DNA from: Nitrosopumilaceae archaeon
GTDB lineage: Archaea; Thermoproteota; Nitrososphaeria; Nitrososphaerales; Nitrosopumilaceae
NCBI GenBank assembly: GCA_965208905.1
Contig: OZ242365.1
Coordinates: 1,280,001 to 1,344,000, forward strand
Direction: 5' to 3'
DNA length: 64,000 nucleotides
Shown: one piece after another, positions 30,991-39,988 of the stretch
Numbering within the stretch: the stretch's first letter is position 1
Layout: each line of letters begins with the position of its first letter
The notes under the pieces: generated by a model
Told to the model about the DNA's origin: nothing
Databases searched by the model: none
The model's input: the letters and a program-made list of their open reading frames with translations, nothing else
Position numbers and translations under genes: made by a program

Positions 30991-32197
30991 TATTCCAGGC
31001 GGCATTGACATCCGCGTGAAACACTCTGGTACAGTTAGTGCAAATGAATTTGTCGCACGTGATACGCGACTCCGAGTCTACGTGACCACACATATGGCAC
31101 GTCTGGTTTGTATATTTGGCCATCACCCCGCATAGCGGAATTCCCTCCCTCTCGCATCGCTGCGCCAACTTCCGTAGAAACTCACCAAGTCTATTCTCCC
31201 GCATGGAGCGATTCATGTGTCTTTTATAATTCCCGCCATGTGTAGTCATGCCCTGTATAGATAATATCTCGGCTATGATGGCATCCGCGCCTTGTACGAT
31301 ACACGATACGGTCTGATTTATGGTGTTTACGGCGATGCCATCAGCCTTCCTGTATAGTTGCTTTATTTGGTCGTTCAATATGTGCCACTTCCGGCCATGC
31401 CGTACCTTGTGGTCGCGCAGGCTCTTGAGAGCGTCTATCTCCCGCAGGATTTCTCTATGGCGTGTGTTGTGTATTATTACATTGCCGTTTGTATCGACCG
31501 TAACTGCAAGGTGCTTGCCTCCCACATCAACACCCCGTACTATACCCGTATTACGGTGCGGTTTTACCGGTATATGCACTGCAATATGCAATTCAAACAT
31601 GTGGTCTGACGGCTTGGTGTATTTGGTTACCTTCTTGGTGACATCGACTATCTTGAATGACCGCATATCCCATGATACGTCAATGGGCTTGGCGGTCTTT
31701 ACTGTGCCGTATCCGGGGATATGTATGGTATGCTCATCCTTCCGTACAGGCGGTGTAACGGAACTAAGTATAATGCGGCCGTCTTTACGGCGGTATGGCG
31801 CGTGGTTGGAGTTGTCATCCATAACTCTTCTACATGCAACCGAGGCATCCTGTATGGCGCCGCGTCCAAATACCATAGGTAAGTCAGATATCCAATCTGA
31901 CTCTGCGCGCCACTCCGTAAGTTGTTTGTACATGCCGTACTTTAGTTTCCTCTTTGATGGCCCAAAGTCATATACCTGGTAGTCATCTTCCAGTGTAGCT
32001 GATGTAAAACCATCCAGTGTGTTTGGTAGTTTGAATGGCTGTAGTATATATACCACCACCCTCTCCATATATTCGCCGCCAAACATATACTCTGATACGG
32101 CCCTATTGTACACATACCGTACCACATGGCCCATGCGGTGCGCCCAATCTGCAAACAACTCATCCCTGTATAGCGGTACCCTGACTATCCGTATCAT
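30842..32197 (-). CDS. tnpB: TnpB-family RNA-guided endonuclease
   Basis: RYVYN helix; RuvC-I GVDVG, RuvC-II IIAEIL, Zn finger CHMC..CTNC, RuvC-III HADVNAAWNI. Confidence 0.93.
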   Translation of the reverse strand: MIRIVRVPLYRDELFADWAHRMGHVVRYVYNRAVSEYMFGGEYMERVVVYILQPFKLPNTLDGFTSATLEDDYQVYDFGPSKRKLKYGMYKQLTEWRAESDWISDLPMVFGRGAIQDASVACRRVMDDNSNHAPYRRKDGRIILSSVTPPVRKDEHTIHIPGYGTVKTAKPIDVSWDMRSFKIVDVTKKVTKYTKPSDHMFELHIAVHIPVKPHRNTGIVRGVDVGGKHLAVTVDTNGNVIIHNTRHREILREIDALKSLRDHKVRHGRKWHILNDQIKQLYRKADGIAVNTINQTVSCIVQGADAIIAEILSIQGMTTHGGNYKRHMNRSMRENRLGEFLRKLAQRCEREGIPLCGVMAKYTNQTCHMCGHVDSESRITCDKFICTNCTRVFHADVNAAWNILHRAAGNVVLRRPGHKKGYKPTPAMLRSIQRGRQKRHECTAEAVYFCT

Positions 32198-32494
32198 AAT
32201 GTGTTATACGGTATATGGTATTTAAGGGGATTGATGCAGTCACGAAATCTGTGTTGGGTCAGCATTGACTCTCAAAACAGAGGCTGTGTACTTTTGTATG
32301 TAATTCCCCTTCTGTACTATCTACGTGAGTTGGCAACCACTGTAACATGTGTGAGTTGGGGCCGTAGTCGGAGGATCCGATCTTTGTAAGAATGAAAAAG
32401 GGCAAAGGGTGATGGTTAGACTGCCAACCTTGTGGCGACCTGTATGGGGGTCATCCACTTGTTGGTTCCTTCGATGGTTATCCCGGCGGCCTAG

Positions 32495-32956
32495 TCAACC
32501 GGTCGGTTCAATACATGCCGTACTGCTGATGTACTCGGCAACGAACAGACTATCTATGCGAACCATTGGACCTTCGTTGCCCTGTATGCACTCGGCATGC
32601 GTGTGCATGTTATGCTGGTGTGTGCTCAGGTGCAGGATGAGCTGCGCGCCTGTTTCAAGATTGGCTACCCCGACGCGCAGCGAACCGCCGCCGATATGGG
32701 CGTTACCTTCGAACTCCTCCTTGGCGTTGGGGAACCGCTCGTACATTGTCAGATACGCCGGATGTTCCGCAAACGCCTCCATCAACTCCTCGTTGGACCG
32801 AGTGTCGATGCTCAGCCTCCCAAGATCGCTGTACAGCACCAGCCCGGGGACGACCGTCAGCAGGAACAGGGTGAACAGGGTAATTCCCATGCCTATCCCT
32901 AGATAGTATGCAAGGCGTTGAATCTTTTCCAATGGATGGTACCCGCGAACAATCAC
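32495..32956 (-). CDS. Membrane-anchored protein, paralog A
   Basis: N-terminal TM; aligns with 32989-33408; start uncertain. Confidence 0.7.
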   Translation of the reverse strand: MIVRGYHPLEKIQRLAYYLGIGMGITLFTLFLLTVVPGLVLYSDLGRLSIDTRSNEELMEAFAEHPAYLTMYERFPNAKEEFEGNAHIGGGSLRVGVANLETGAQLILHLSTHQHNMHTHAECIQGNEGPMVRIDSLFVAEYISSTACIEPTG

Positions 32957-32988
32957 ATTTATCTGTGTCTAGCAAATACATCGTCCCG

Positions 32989-33408
32989 ATGGAGGCCCTC
33001 AAGAAAGCTACCTATATCACGGTCATATCAGTATCACTCATACTATGCGTGATATTCGTGTTGATGGCGATACCCAACCTAGCAACTACCTGGGAACATC
33101 ATCAAGAGCGCATAGATCCCGACGAGGCAATCGCCGCGATACGGGACGATGCCGCCTACCGGGCACTCTACGAACGATACCCAGACGCGGTTGAAAGGGT
33201 CAACCAGGACCGCTACCAGGTGGAACTGGAGGCTGGGGTAATGAACACTGATACCGGCAACCAACTCGTCCTGAGGATATATGCCTTTCCGGGAGACCGC
33301 CACATAACGGTGCATTGCTTCTACATGGCCAACGACGAGGAACAATACGTTGACGGACTATTCGCCGCCGAGTTTGTCAGGACGACAGACTGCATATCCG
33401 CACCATGA
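32989..33408 (+). CDS. Membrane-anchored protein, paralog B
   Basis: N-terminal TM; AY..YER.P.A, G..N..TG.QL.L, D.LF.AE....T.CI shared with paralog A; ATG 32989 preferred. Confidence 0.7.
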   Translation: MEALKKATYITVISVSLILCVIFVLMAIPNLATTWEHHQERIDPDEAIAAIRDDAAYRALYERYPDAVERVNQDRYQVELEAGVMNTDTGNQLVLRIYAFPGDRHITVHCFYMANDEEQYVDGLFAAEFVRTTDCISAP

Positions 33409-33697
33409 CCGCCGAGGTTATATCGACAGGCAAACCCACCGCAGGTAGTTTTGGGCCGGGCGTGAGCCGAACCCGCTAGGGCCTAGTTTTGAGTGACCTC
33501 CTACCAATTCTTGAGAAAATCAGAGCCCAAACACCCAAAGTCTTTGTGGTGGACTTTTATCTGTAGTGCTGACCAGAACTAGCTACTGCCAAATTGTGAG
33601 ATGAATAACGAATCTAATCTGTATGTCTAAATATTTTGATAAACAGTCATGAAAAATTATCCAAATATCTTTTAAACTCTTAAAACATACAATCTCT

Positions 33698-34621
33698 GTG
33701 ACAGGTAATAGAGCATTGATTATAGGTATTGGTGGCGGATCTAGATTAGCAGAGAATACGTATAACATGCTAGATGCGGACTGCCTAATCGTGTCAACTG
33801 ATACGGCAGACACTGCGTATCCTCATCCACACATACGTATTTTGTGTGATAATATGGTGAATCCTTCGGTAGAATCGATAAGAGCCTCTTCACAGGAGGC
33901 AATGGATAGTTTGTATAGAGTGATGGTTGAGTATGATACTGTAATCGTCCTGGCCAATCTGGCAGGCAGAACGGGAGCTGCTATAGCGCCTCTTATAACA
34001 GAGATGGGCTATAAACTACAAAATACGGTAATATCGTTTTGTATAATGCCATTTCGATTTGAAAAAGATCGTATTTTTAACGCTGGAGTCTCTCTACACA
34101 AAGTTCAAACTAATTCAAACTCTCTGGTTATACTAGATAATGACTCTTTACTAGAATGCAATCCAAATCTTACTATAGATGAGTGCTATCGCGTAGGAAA
34201 CGATGCCCTGGAGAGTGTTCTGGCATCATTTGGCCGCGCCCAATTATCGGGTCAATCTGTAGTTGCAACAGGCCCAGAAAGGAATGATGCAGATGAATCA
34301 CTACATGATGCAATAAAGATGTTATACGCCACAGCGCCCCCCAACAGCGTAAAGCGATCCATAATTTATGTGTCCGGCAACATACCGGTGGGGACTGTTG
34401 AGGAGATATCTAAACTGACTGCCGGAGTTACAGATGCATCTGTAGAGATAGTGACTGAACATGATGATACAGGTGTAATGCTGGTCTCAGCATTGAGTAC
34501 ACTGGGCAAGTTTGAAGCGTATGATCCCTTGAATGACATCCCCACAAAACTTGATGACGAATACCCTGATGGTGTGGGTGTGAAGCTCTTTACAGATACA
34601 GAACTGTATAGTATAGAATAA
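33698..34621 (+). CDS. ftsZ: Thaumarchaeal FtsZ-like protein
   Basis: IGIGGGSRL, degenerate NLAGRTGAA, MPFRFE, LDNDSL. Confidence 0.82.
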   Translation: MTGNRALIIGIGGGSRLAENTYNMLDADCLIVSTDTADTAYPHPHIRILCDNMVNPSVESIRASSQEAMDSLYRVMVEYDTVIVLANLAGRTGAAIAPLITEMGYKLQNTVISFCIMPFRFEKDRIFNAGVSLHKVQTNSNSLVILDNDSLLECNPNLTIDECYRVGNDALESVLASFGRAQLSGQSVVATGPERNDADESLHDAIKMLYATAPPNSVKRSIIYVSGNIPVGTVEEISKLTAGVTDASVEIVTEHDDTGVMLVSALSTLGKFEAYDPLNDIPTKLDDEYPDGVGVKLFTDTELYSIE

Positions 34622-35047
34622 CTATTTTTTATCTTCTTGAGCAGGCGGCGTATCTTCAGTTTTAGATGTGGTGGTCTCTTTTACAGTATCTGCCGACTCA
34701 GTCTGATCTGACTCTATCTGAGGCGTCTCGTCTTCTGCCCTTTCTGGCTTGGTTGCATCAGGCTCACTGACCTCCACCGATGAGGTCAGCTCTCCATCGT
34801 AATTCATCACAATGACAGCGTCAGTAGTATCGTCCTCTATTATCTCTACAGTTATCTTGCGGGGCGGACTCCGAACACCTCGAGCCCATATTGTTTCAGC
34901 CAATTCTGAATCTATCTTTACATGGTCATTTCCAGTGTGGCGCTTTACATATTCTCTGATCATGTTGATCGCTCTAACTGCCCTATGCTGTCTTTGAGAT
35001 AACAACACCTTGCCTAGATTTATCGTGTAGACATTCTCCATGGACAT
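34622..35047 (-). CDS. rpl31e: 50S ribosomal protein L31e with acidic C-terminal extension
   Basis: YTINL, RAVRAI, IWARG..SPPRKI. Confidence 0.93.
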   Translation of the reverse strand: MSMENVYTINLGKVLLSQRQHRAVRAINMIREYVKRHTGNDHVKIDSELAETIWARGVRSPPRKITVEIIEDDTTDAVIVMNYDGELTSSVEVSEPDATKPERAEDETPQIESDQTESADTVKETTTSKTEDTPPAQEDKK

Positions 35048-35206
35048 TTAACCCACTCTCGTCCTGGCACTTCTCCATGATCTACGTTTTGGATTGGTTC
35101 GTACTCCCTTCTTTGTCTTTAATATGACCCATGTGGGAACAGGTCTTGCCTCTTTTGATTTTTTAATGAGTCGAATCTTACGGGATGATGATTTACGTGC
35201 AGCCAT
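35048..35206 (-). CDS. rpl39e: 50S ribosomal protein L39e (absent from the ORF track)
   Basis: MAARKSSSRKIRLIKKSKEARPVPTWVILKTKKGVRTNPKRRSWRSARTRVG; abuts rpl31e. Confidence 0.93.
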   Translation of the reverse strand: MAARKSSSRKIRLIKKSKEARPVPTWVILKTKKGVRTNPKRRSWRSARTRVG

Positions 35207-35231
35207 ATCAGATACCAAACAGGTGCTATTT

Positions 35232-35771
35232 TTAAACTATGGTTTTCTTTACTTGGTATAGGATGCGCGCCGTTGCCCCCCAAATTATCATATCCTTGTA
35301 GTATAGATTGAACATATGCGGACCATGCTCGGTATCTGGTTCTAACGTGTCAAGTAGGGGCTCTAGCGGTATCTGTAAAATACGGGATACCTCTGCATTT
35401 GGAGACAATTTTGGGATGTCATTTAGTATGGCCACAAACGGCAGTATCATGAACTTTGAGTTTAGAGTACGAACGGCATCTAACTGCCCGATTACGTTCT
35501 GACGATCAACTCTCAATCCAACCTCTTCGTGAGTCTCCCGTAGTGCCGTGTGACACAAATCAATATCTCCACCCTCGGGCTTACCTCCGGGAAATGATGC
35601 CTCACCAGCATGTATGCGCATATGTTCGGATTTTACGGTCATTATTATGTGCGGACAGCTTCCGTATATGAGCAGTAGTACCGATGCGGGCTTCAAGCCG
35701 TTTGGCTCCAGAGTTGGGTTTAAAGGCGTGTTTAAGCATGACCTAACAGTACTCAAATCCATACATGTCAT
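35232..35771 (-). CDS. Nudix CoA pyrophosphatase
   Basis: HAGEASFPGG..ALRETHEEVG, IWGATA. Confidence 0.9.
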   Translation of the reverse strand: MTCMDLSTVRSCLNTPLNPTLEPNGLKPASVLLLIYGSCPHIIMTVKSEHMRIHAGEASFPGGKPEGGDIDLCHTALRETHEEVGLRVDRQNVIGQLDAVRTLNSKFMILPFVAILNDIPKLSPNAEVSRILQIPLEPLLDTLEPDTEHGPHMFNLYYKDMIIWGATARILYQVKKTIV

Positions 35772-35823
35772 GTATTATGGTGATATTTCAAGAATTTTAA
35801 AGAAGGTATCATAACAACAGTAC

Positions 35824-36558
35824 ATGACCCTGACATATGAGGCAAATCCTCCCAAAGTTACACCAAATACTACAAACACAGACAACATTGTACAATTTGT
35901 GAATAGACTTGGGCGTACGGCCGAAGTATGTGGTGGTATTCACATAACCGAAAATGTTCTGGGGTATAGTCGTGTGTCACCAATATTGGTAGGACATCAT
36001 CTTTACGAGTACATGCCTGGCGTTATAATGACACTCACAATGCGTGTTCGTGACAAAAGCACATCGGAGATAGATGCATTTGTACATGATGCAATAGATG
36101 AAGAGTTTTCAGGTGTACTGGTGGTAGCTGGAGACGGCACTCTGGATTCACCAAACCTGAACCATGCCCCTAGCAGTGTAGTGCGTAGACTGCGCAAGGA
36201 CGGTATAGACAAAAATCTGAAACTATACCTATCTGTACCTGTAAATCCAGTTTATACGCGTATGACATCAAAGATCAATGCGCAGCCGCATGGCTTTATG
36301 ACACAAGTTATACAGGACTACTCTCAGGTGGAGGACATAATGACAAACCTCCCAGACTTTGATATAATTCCAATTGTTCTATATCCGTCTCCCAAAAACC
36401 ACAAAGCCGCCTCATTTCTGCAGATAGATATGTCTCAATATGTCGATAACTTTCCATCATTTGTTGATAAGATACATGATCTGACCGGTAATGTCTTACT
36501 GACCTCCCCCGGAGATCATGCAAGTCTGTATGAGTTTTTGGCGACACATCGATATTAG
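35824..36558 (+). CDS. Methylenetetrahydrofolate reductase-like protein
   Basis: YEANPP, HITEN, RVRD, VAGD, FMTQ; next to a methionine synthase domain gene. Confidence 0.7.
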   Translation: MTLTYEANPPKVTPNTTNTDNIVQFVNRLGRTAEVCGGIHITENVLGYSRVSPILVGHHLYEYMPGVIMTLTMRVRDKSTSEIDAFVHDAIDEEFSGVLVVAGDGTLDSPNLNHAPSSVVRRLRKDGIDKNLKLYLSVPVNPVYTRMTSKINAQPHGFMTQVIQDYSQVEDIMTNLPDFDIIPIVLYPSPKNHKAASFLQIDMSQYVDNFPSFVDKIHDLTGNVLLTSPGDHASLYEFLATHRY

Positions 36559-36691
36559 TGTCGGATGGATTGATACGCAAAACAGAACCACATTTCATAA
36601 GAATATATGTTGATCATAACACGTCAAATTCACAAAGACACTGAATCTGTCTTGTATCGTATAGACATCTCAATCTGTATACATCAGAGCA

Positions 36692-37633
36692 CTATTTGGC
36701 TCGGGAGTCTATTATCTCTCGCATTGCTTTGATGTGTTTTGGATTTGTGCCACAACAACCCCCAATTATGCGGAGGTTGGAAAACTTGTCAAGAAAGTCA
36801 TCCAAGATGGATGCCATCTCATCCGGCTTCATCTTATATACGGCAACTCCGTTATCATTTTCGGGCATTCCTGCATTTGGTACCACAAGTATGGGATGAG
36901 ACGACTCTGCATTCAACCATCTTATACTGGGAGTCATCTCAACAGGACCTGTCGAGCAGTTTAAGCCGAACACATCTATCCCCATATCTGCCACAGTTGT
37001 ATATGCTGCCTGTATTGGTGTCCCCAAAAGCATTCTGCCGTACGGATCCAACGTGGCATTGACAATTATGGGCACTCGCCTCTGTGTGGATTTTTGAGCG
37101 CGTAAGGATCCCTCGATGGCCAACTTTACCTCTAGAATATCCTGACTTGTTTCGATCAATAGTGCATCTGCCCCACCCTGTATCAGTCCGGTAGCTTGCA
37201 GTTCAAAGGCCTTGGATATCTCATCTAGAGGCTTTTGTCCCAAGTCGGGATCATTGGTACTAGGAAGGTATCCTGTGGGTCCCATACTGCCTATGACATA
37301 TCTTGGAGTGTCTGTATACTCTTGGCAGACACTCTTTGCCAACTCGGCCACGTTCTTGTTAAAAGATACTGTACTATGACCAAATCCATACTCATCCAGC
37401 TTTATGGTATTGGAGCTAAATGAGTTTGTCTCAACACAATCCGCCCCGGCATCCAAATATCCCTTATGTATATTGCGTATCCATTCCCGATGTGTGACTG
37501 TCAAACCATCATTAAATCCATCTTGATCATTAGGAAAATCGATTGGCTGTGGATTTAAACTCTGAATCTGTGTGCCCATGGCCCCATCAAACAACAGTAT
37601 CCTGTTTTTGAGTGCTTGAGAAAACGACTCCAC
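36692..37633 (-). CDS. metH: Homocysteine S-methyltransferase domain (split MetH)
   Basis: DGAMGT, GLNCSTG, PNAGMP, GGCCGT. Confidence 0.9.
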   Translation of the reverse strand: MESFSQALKNRILLFDGAMGTQIQSLNPQPIDFPNDQDGFNDGLTVTHREWIRNIHKGYLDAGADCVETNSFSSNTIKLDEYGFGHSTVSFNKNVAELAKSVCQEYTDTPRYVIGSMGPTGYLPSTNDPDLGQKPLDEISKAFELQATGLIQGGADALLIETSQDILEVKLAIEGSLRAQKSTQRRVPIIVNATLDPYGRMLLGTPIQAAYTTVADMGIDVFGLNCSTGPVEMTPSIRWLNAESSHPILVVPNAGMPENDNGVAVYKMKPDEMASILDDFLDKFSNLRIIGGCCGTNPKHIKAMREIIDSRAK

Positions 37634-37907
37634 GGCTTTTAGACTACCTTTAGTAGTTTATGTCTTTTGACTTTTTCCACAGTATGATATTATTCGTCAG
37701 TATAAGTTATCCAAAATCTAGGTAAAACTAAGAATACCTAGTTCTTGAACCTTCATTTATGGCGATTTTCCTACGATTGAAACTGTCCAGACAAATCCAC
37801 AGACTACATATTTGATCGCATCTACATTGGAGTTGTAACACACTGCGCCTATACAGTGAATCATATCACTATATCTTGATGTCGAATTTCCATAGATAAT
37901 ATGGAGT

Positions 37908-39056
37908 ATGTGCCAATCATACACTGTGCAGATTCAAAATGTAGTCAGAGCAGCCACGTTCTTTCAACACGCAGGTATAGCCATGATTATAGTCTTTATA
38001 CCCATAATGGCCAAAGATATAACTGCGTCATTTCTGGAGGTTGGACTCATTGTAGCCTCGTATAGTCTGGCACAGATACTATCGGAGTTATACTTTGGTC
38101 GAAGGTCTGATGCATCAGGACACCGCATGATATTCATTCGAGCGGGCTTTATCGGATGCGCCATTGTCTTTGGCCTTCATTATTTTGCTACTGATGCATT
38201 GTTACTACTTGTGGCTCGTATATCTGCAGGTATCGTCACGGGCATAATGATACCTGCATTTGTAGCATACTCGTACGAGCTGACCGGTGACGGACGGCAG
38301 GCAGCAACTGTAATATCCTTTCATGCATTGGGCTGGATGGTTGGTATACTGGCCACAGGTGTGGTTGGAGATATAGGCCTGGCATTCTTGGTCAGCTCTG
38401 CCTTTTTTGTTGGGGGATTTGTTTTGACTCTCCGGTTGCCAGAGGCGGGTTTTGGTTCGGGCCCAGTATCAGGTTCCATCCGTCGCATAATATCAAAGAA
38501 CAGATATCTATTTTGGGCAGTACTGCTACGACACATTGCTGCAAGTGCAGTATGGACAATACTGCCAGTGATATTGGTGGAATATATGGATGCGCAACTA
38601 TACCATATATCTGTAATATACGTCGTGAATACATTCACCGCTTTTATAATCATGAATATGATGGTTCACAAGATACAGATCACGGATCGTCGCAAGATAC
38701 AGGTGGGACTAGCCGGAATAATTCCTGCCATTCTAGGAATGTCCATAATAAACGAGTGGTGGATGGCCATGCCGTTTATGGTACTAGTGGGGATATCGTG
38801 GGCCATGCTCTTTGTGGGAGGTAACTTTTACCTAATGGAACGTAATCCACACTCTACATCCTCCGGCCTGTTCAGCTCTACAATATCCGTGGCTACTGTG
38901 ATAGGCCCTGTGATTGGAGGTACGATAGCAGCCATCACCGACTATCAATACGTGATGTATGTATCTGCAATTATAGCGGGCGGTGGTCTGATGTCATCAA
39001 TACTGATACCTACCTTAAGCCCCAACGAGACATCACCCGATCCTCCACCTTCTTGA
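37908..39056 (+). CDS. MFS transporter
   Basis: About 12 hydrophobic segments; GRRSDASG motif A variant. Confidence 0.88.
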   Translation: MCQSYTVQIQNVVRAATFFQHAGIAMIIVFIPIMAKDITASFLEVGLIVASYSLAQILSELYFGRRSDASGHRMIFIRAGFIGCAIVFGLHYFATDALLLLVARISAGIVTGIMIPAFVAYSYELTGDGRQAATVISFHALGWMVGILATGVVGDIGLAFLVSSAFFVGGFVLTLRLPEAGFGSGPVSGSIRRIISKNRYLFWAVLLRHIAASAVWTILPVILVEYMDAQLYHISVIYVVNTFTAFIIMNMMVHKIQITDRRKIQVGLAGIIPAILGMSIINEWWMAMPFMVLVGISWAMLFVGGNFYLMERNPHSTSSGLFSSTISVATVIGPVIGGTIAAITDYQYVMYVSAIIAGGGLMSSILIPTLSPNETSPDPPPS

Positions 39057-39765
39057 AGACGAACCCATCTATACCAATACCAATACCCATTATCAGTATC
39101 ATGATTGCGATTATCTGACTGACATCATTTAGTTGACGTCCTACATTCAACAAGAAACCCAGACCTAAAAATGAGAAGAGTAGCTCAGCGCCAATTACTC
39201 CCCTCCATGCAAAGGCCCAACCTTGCTTAAATCCAGATATTACGTATGGAAATGCTGCAGGTATCAGCAGTCTTATAACCATATCTCTTCCATTTGCGCC
39301 CATGTTTCGAGCCGCTTCAATGTAATGAGGATTGATGTTCTGTATTCCTGAGCTGGTGTTTATGGTTACTGCAAATATGGCGCCTATTGCTGTCACAAAG
39401 ATTATTCCCTCATCGGTAAGACCAAACCAAAGTATTGCCAAGGGCACCCATGCCACAGAAGGTATGGATTGAAGTCCCAAGACCAATGAACCTATGGTTT
39501 GATCAACTATCTTGACTCTGGCCATAAATATTCCCAAGACCAGACCGCCTAAAGCCGCTATTAAAAAGCCAGAGACTAACCTGAAGAGACTAGTCCCCAT
39601 ACCGTGAAACAGACTACCGTCACTGGCCATGAACGCCAAATCTTCAACAACTTGGTATGGTGATGGGAATATGTTGTTGGGCCACAACTCGGACATGGCC
39701 ACCGCCTGCCATACGGCTATAAGTGCAACATAAAATGCTATTTTTTTGGTTAATAAAGGGATCAT
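39010..39765 (-). CDS. ABC permease (TauC/SsuC type)
   Basis: FPSP, IPSVAWVP, EAARNMGA, GAEL..GLG. Confidence 0.9.
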   Translation of the reverse strand: MIPLLTKKIAFYVALIAVWQAVAMSELWPNNIFPSPYQVVEDLAFMASDGSLFHGMGTSLFRLVSGFLIAALGGLVLGIFMARVKIVDQTIGSLVLGLQSIPSVAWVPLAILWFGLTDEGIIFVTAIGAIFAVTINTSSGIQNINPHYIEAARNMGANGRDMVIRLLIPAAFPYVISGFKQGWAFAWRGVIGAELLFSFLGLGFLLNVGRQLNDVSQIIAIMILIMGIGIGIDGFVFKKVEDRVMSRWGLR

Positions 39766-39988
39766 CTAATATATTCCACCCCTTTGTAATCCTGCAACTC
39801 TTTGATATATCTCACTTGTGGGATTGAGATTGGCAAGTATGCCGACCCGATGAACCATAACCACCAATTCATATCTGTACAGACACATCAAAGACAACCC
39901 TGTGTAATCTTTATATCTAGATTTATTATATCTCGGTCTTTCATACGACCATCTTGATGTGTAGAATGGTGGACTTTAAGAGTATACA
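39766..39988 (-). pseudogene. Possible degraded remnant of the ABC ATPase gene
   Basis: ATG overlaps the SBP stop; short frame ..HQDGRMKDRDIINLDIK then stop; only ~220 bp where an ATPase gene is expected. Confidence 0.35.

Larger units (their letters stand above)
30837..32308 (-). mobile_element. Non-autonomous TIR element carrying only tnpB (29-bp TIRs, 8-bp TSD CTTCTGTA)
   Basis: TIRs 30837-30865 and 32280-32308 match 27/29; CTTCTGTA at 30829-30836 and 32309-32316. Confidence 0.93.

Noticed and set aside
30086-31982. Long antisense ORFs (30086-30808, 31320-31982 and similar elsewhere)
   Set aside because: Shadow frames opposite well-supported genes, with no motifs
30842-32197. Cas12f/type V effector call
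   Set aside because: No array or cas genes adjacent; bounded by transposon ends, so called TnpB
34622-34780. Acidic tail on L31e as a novel fusion
   Set aside because: Low-complexity tail with no domain; such extensions are common on thaumarchaeal ribosomal proteins
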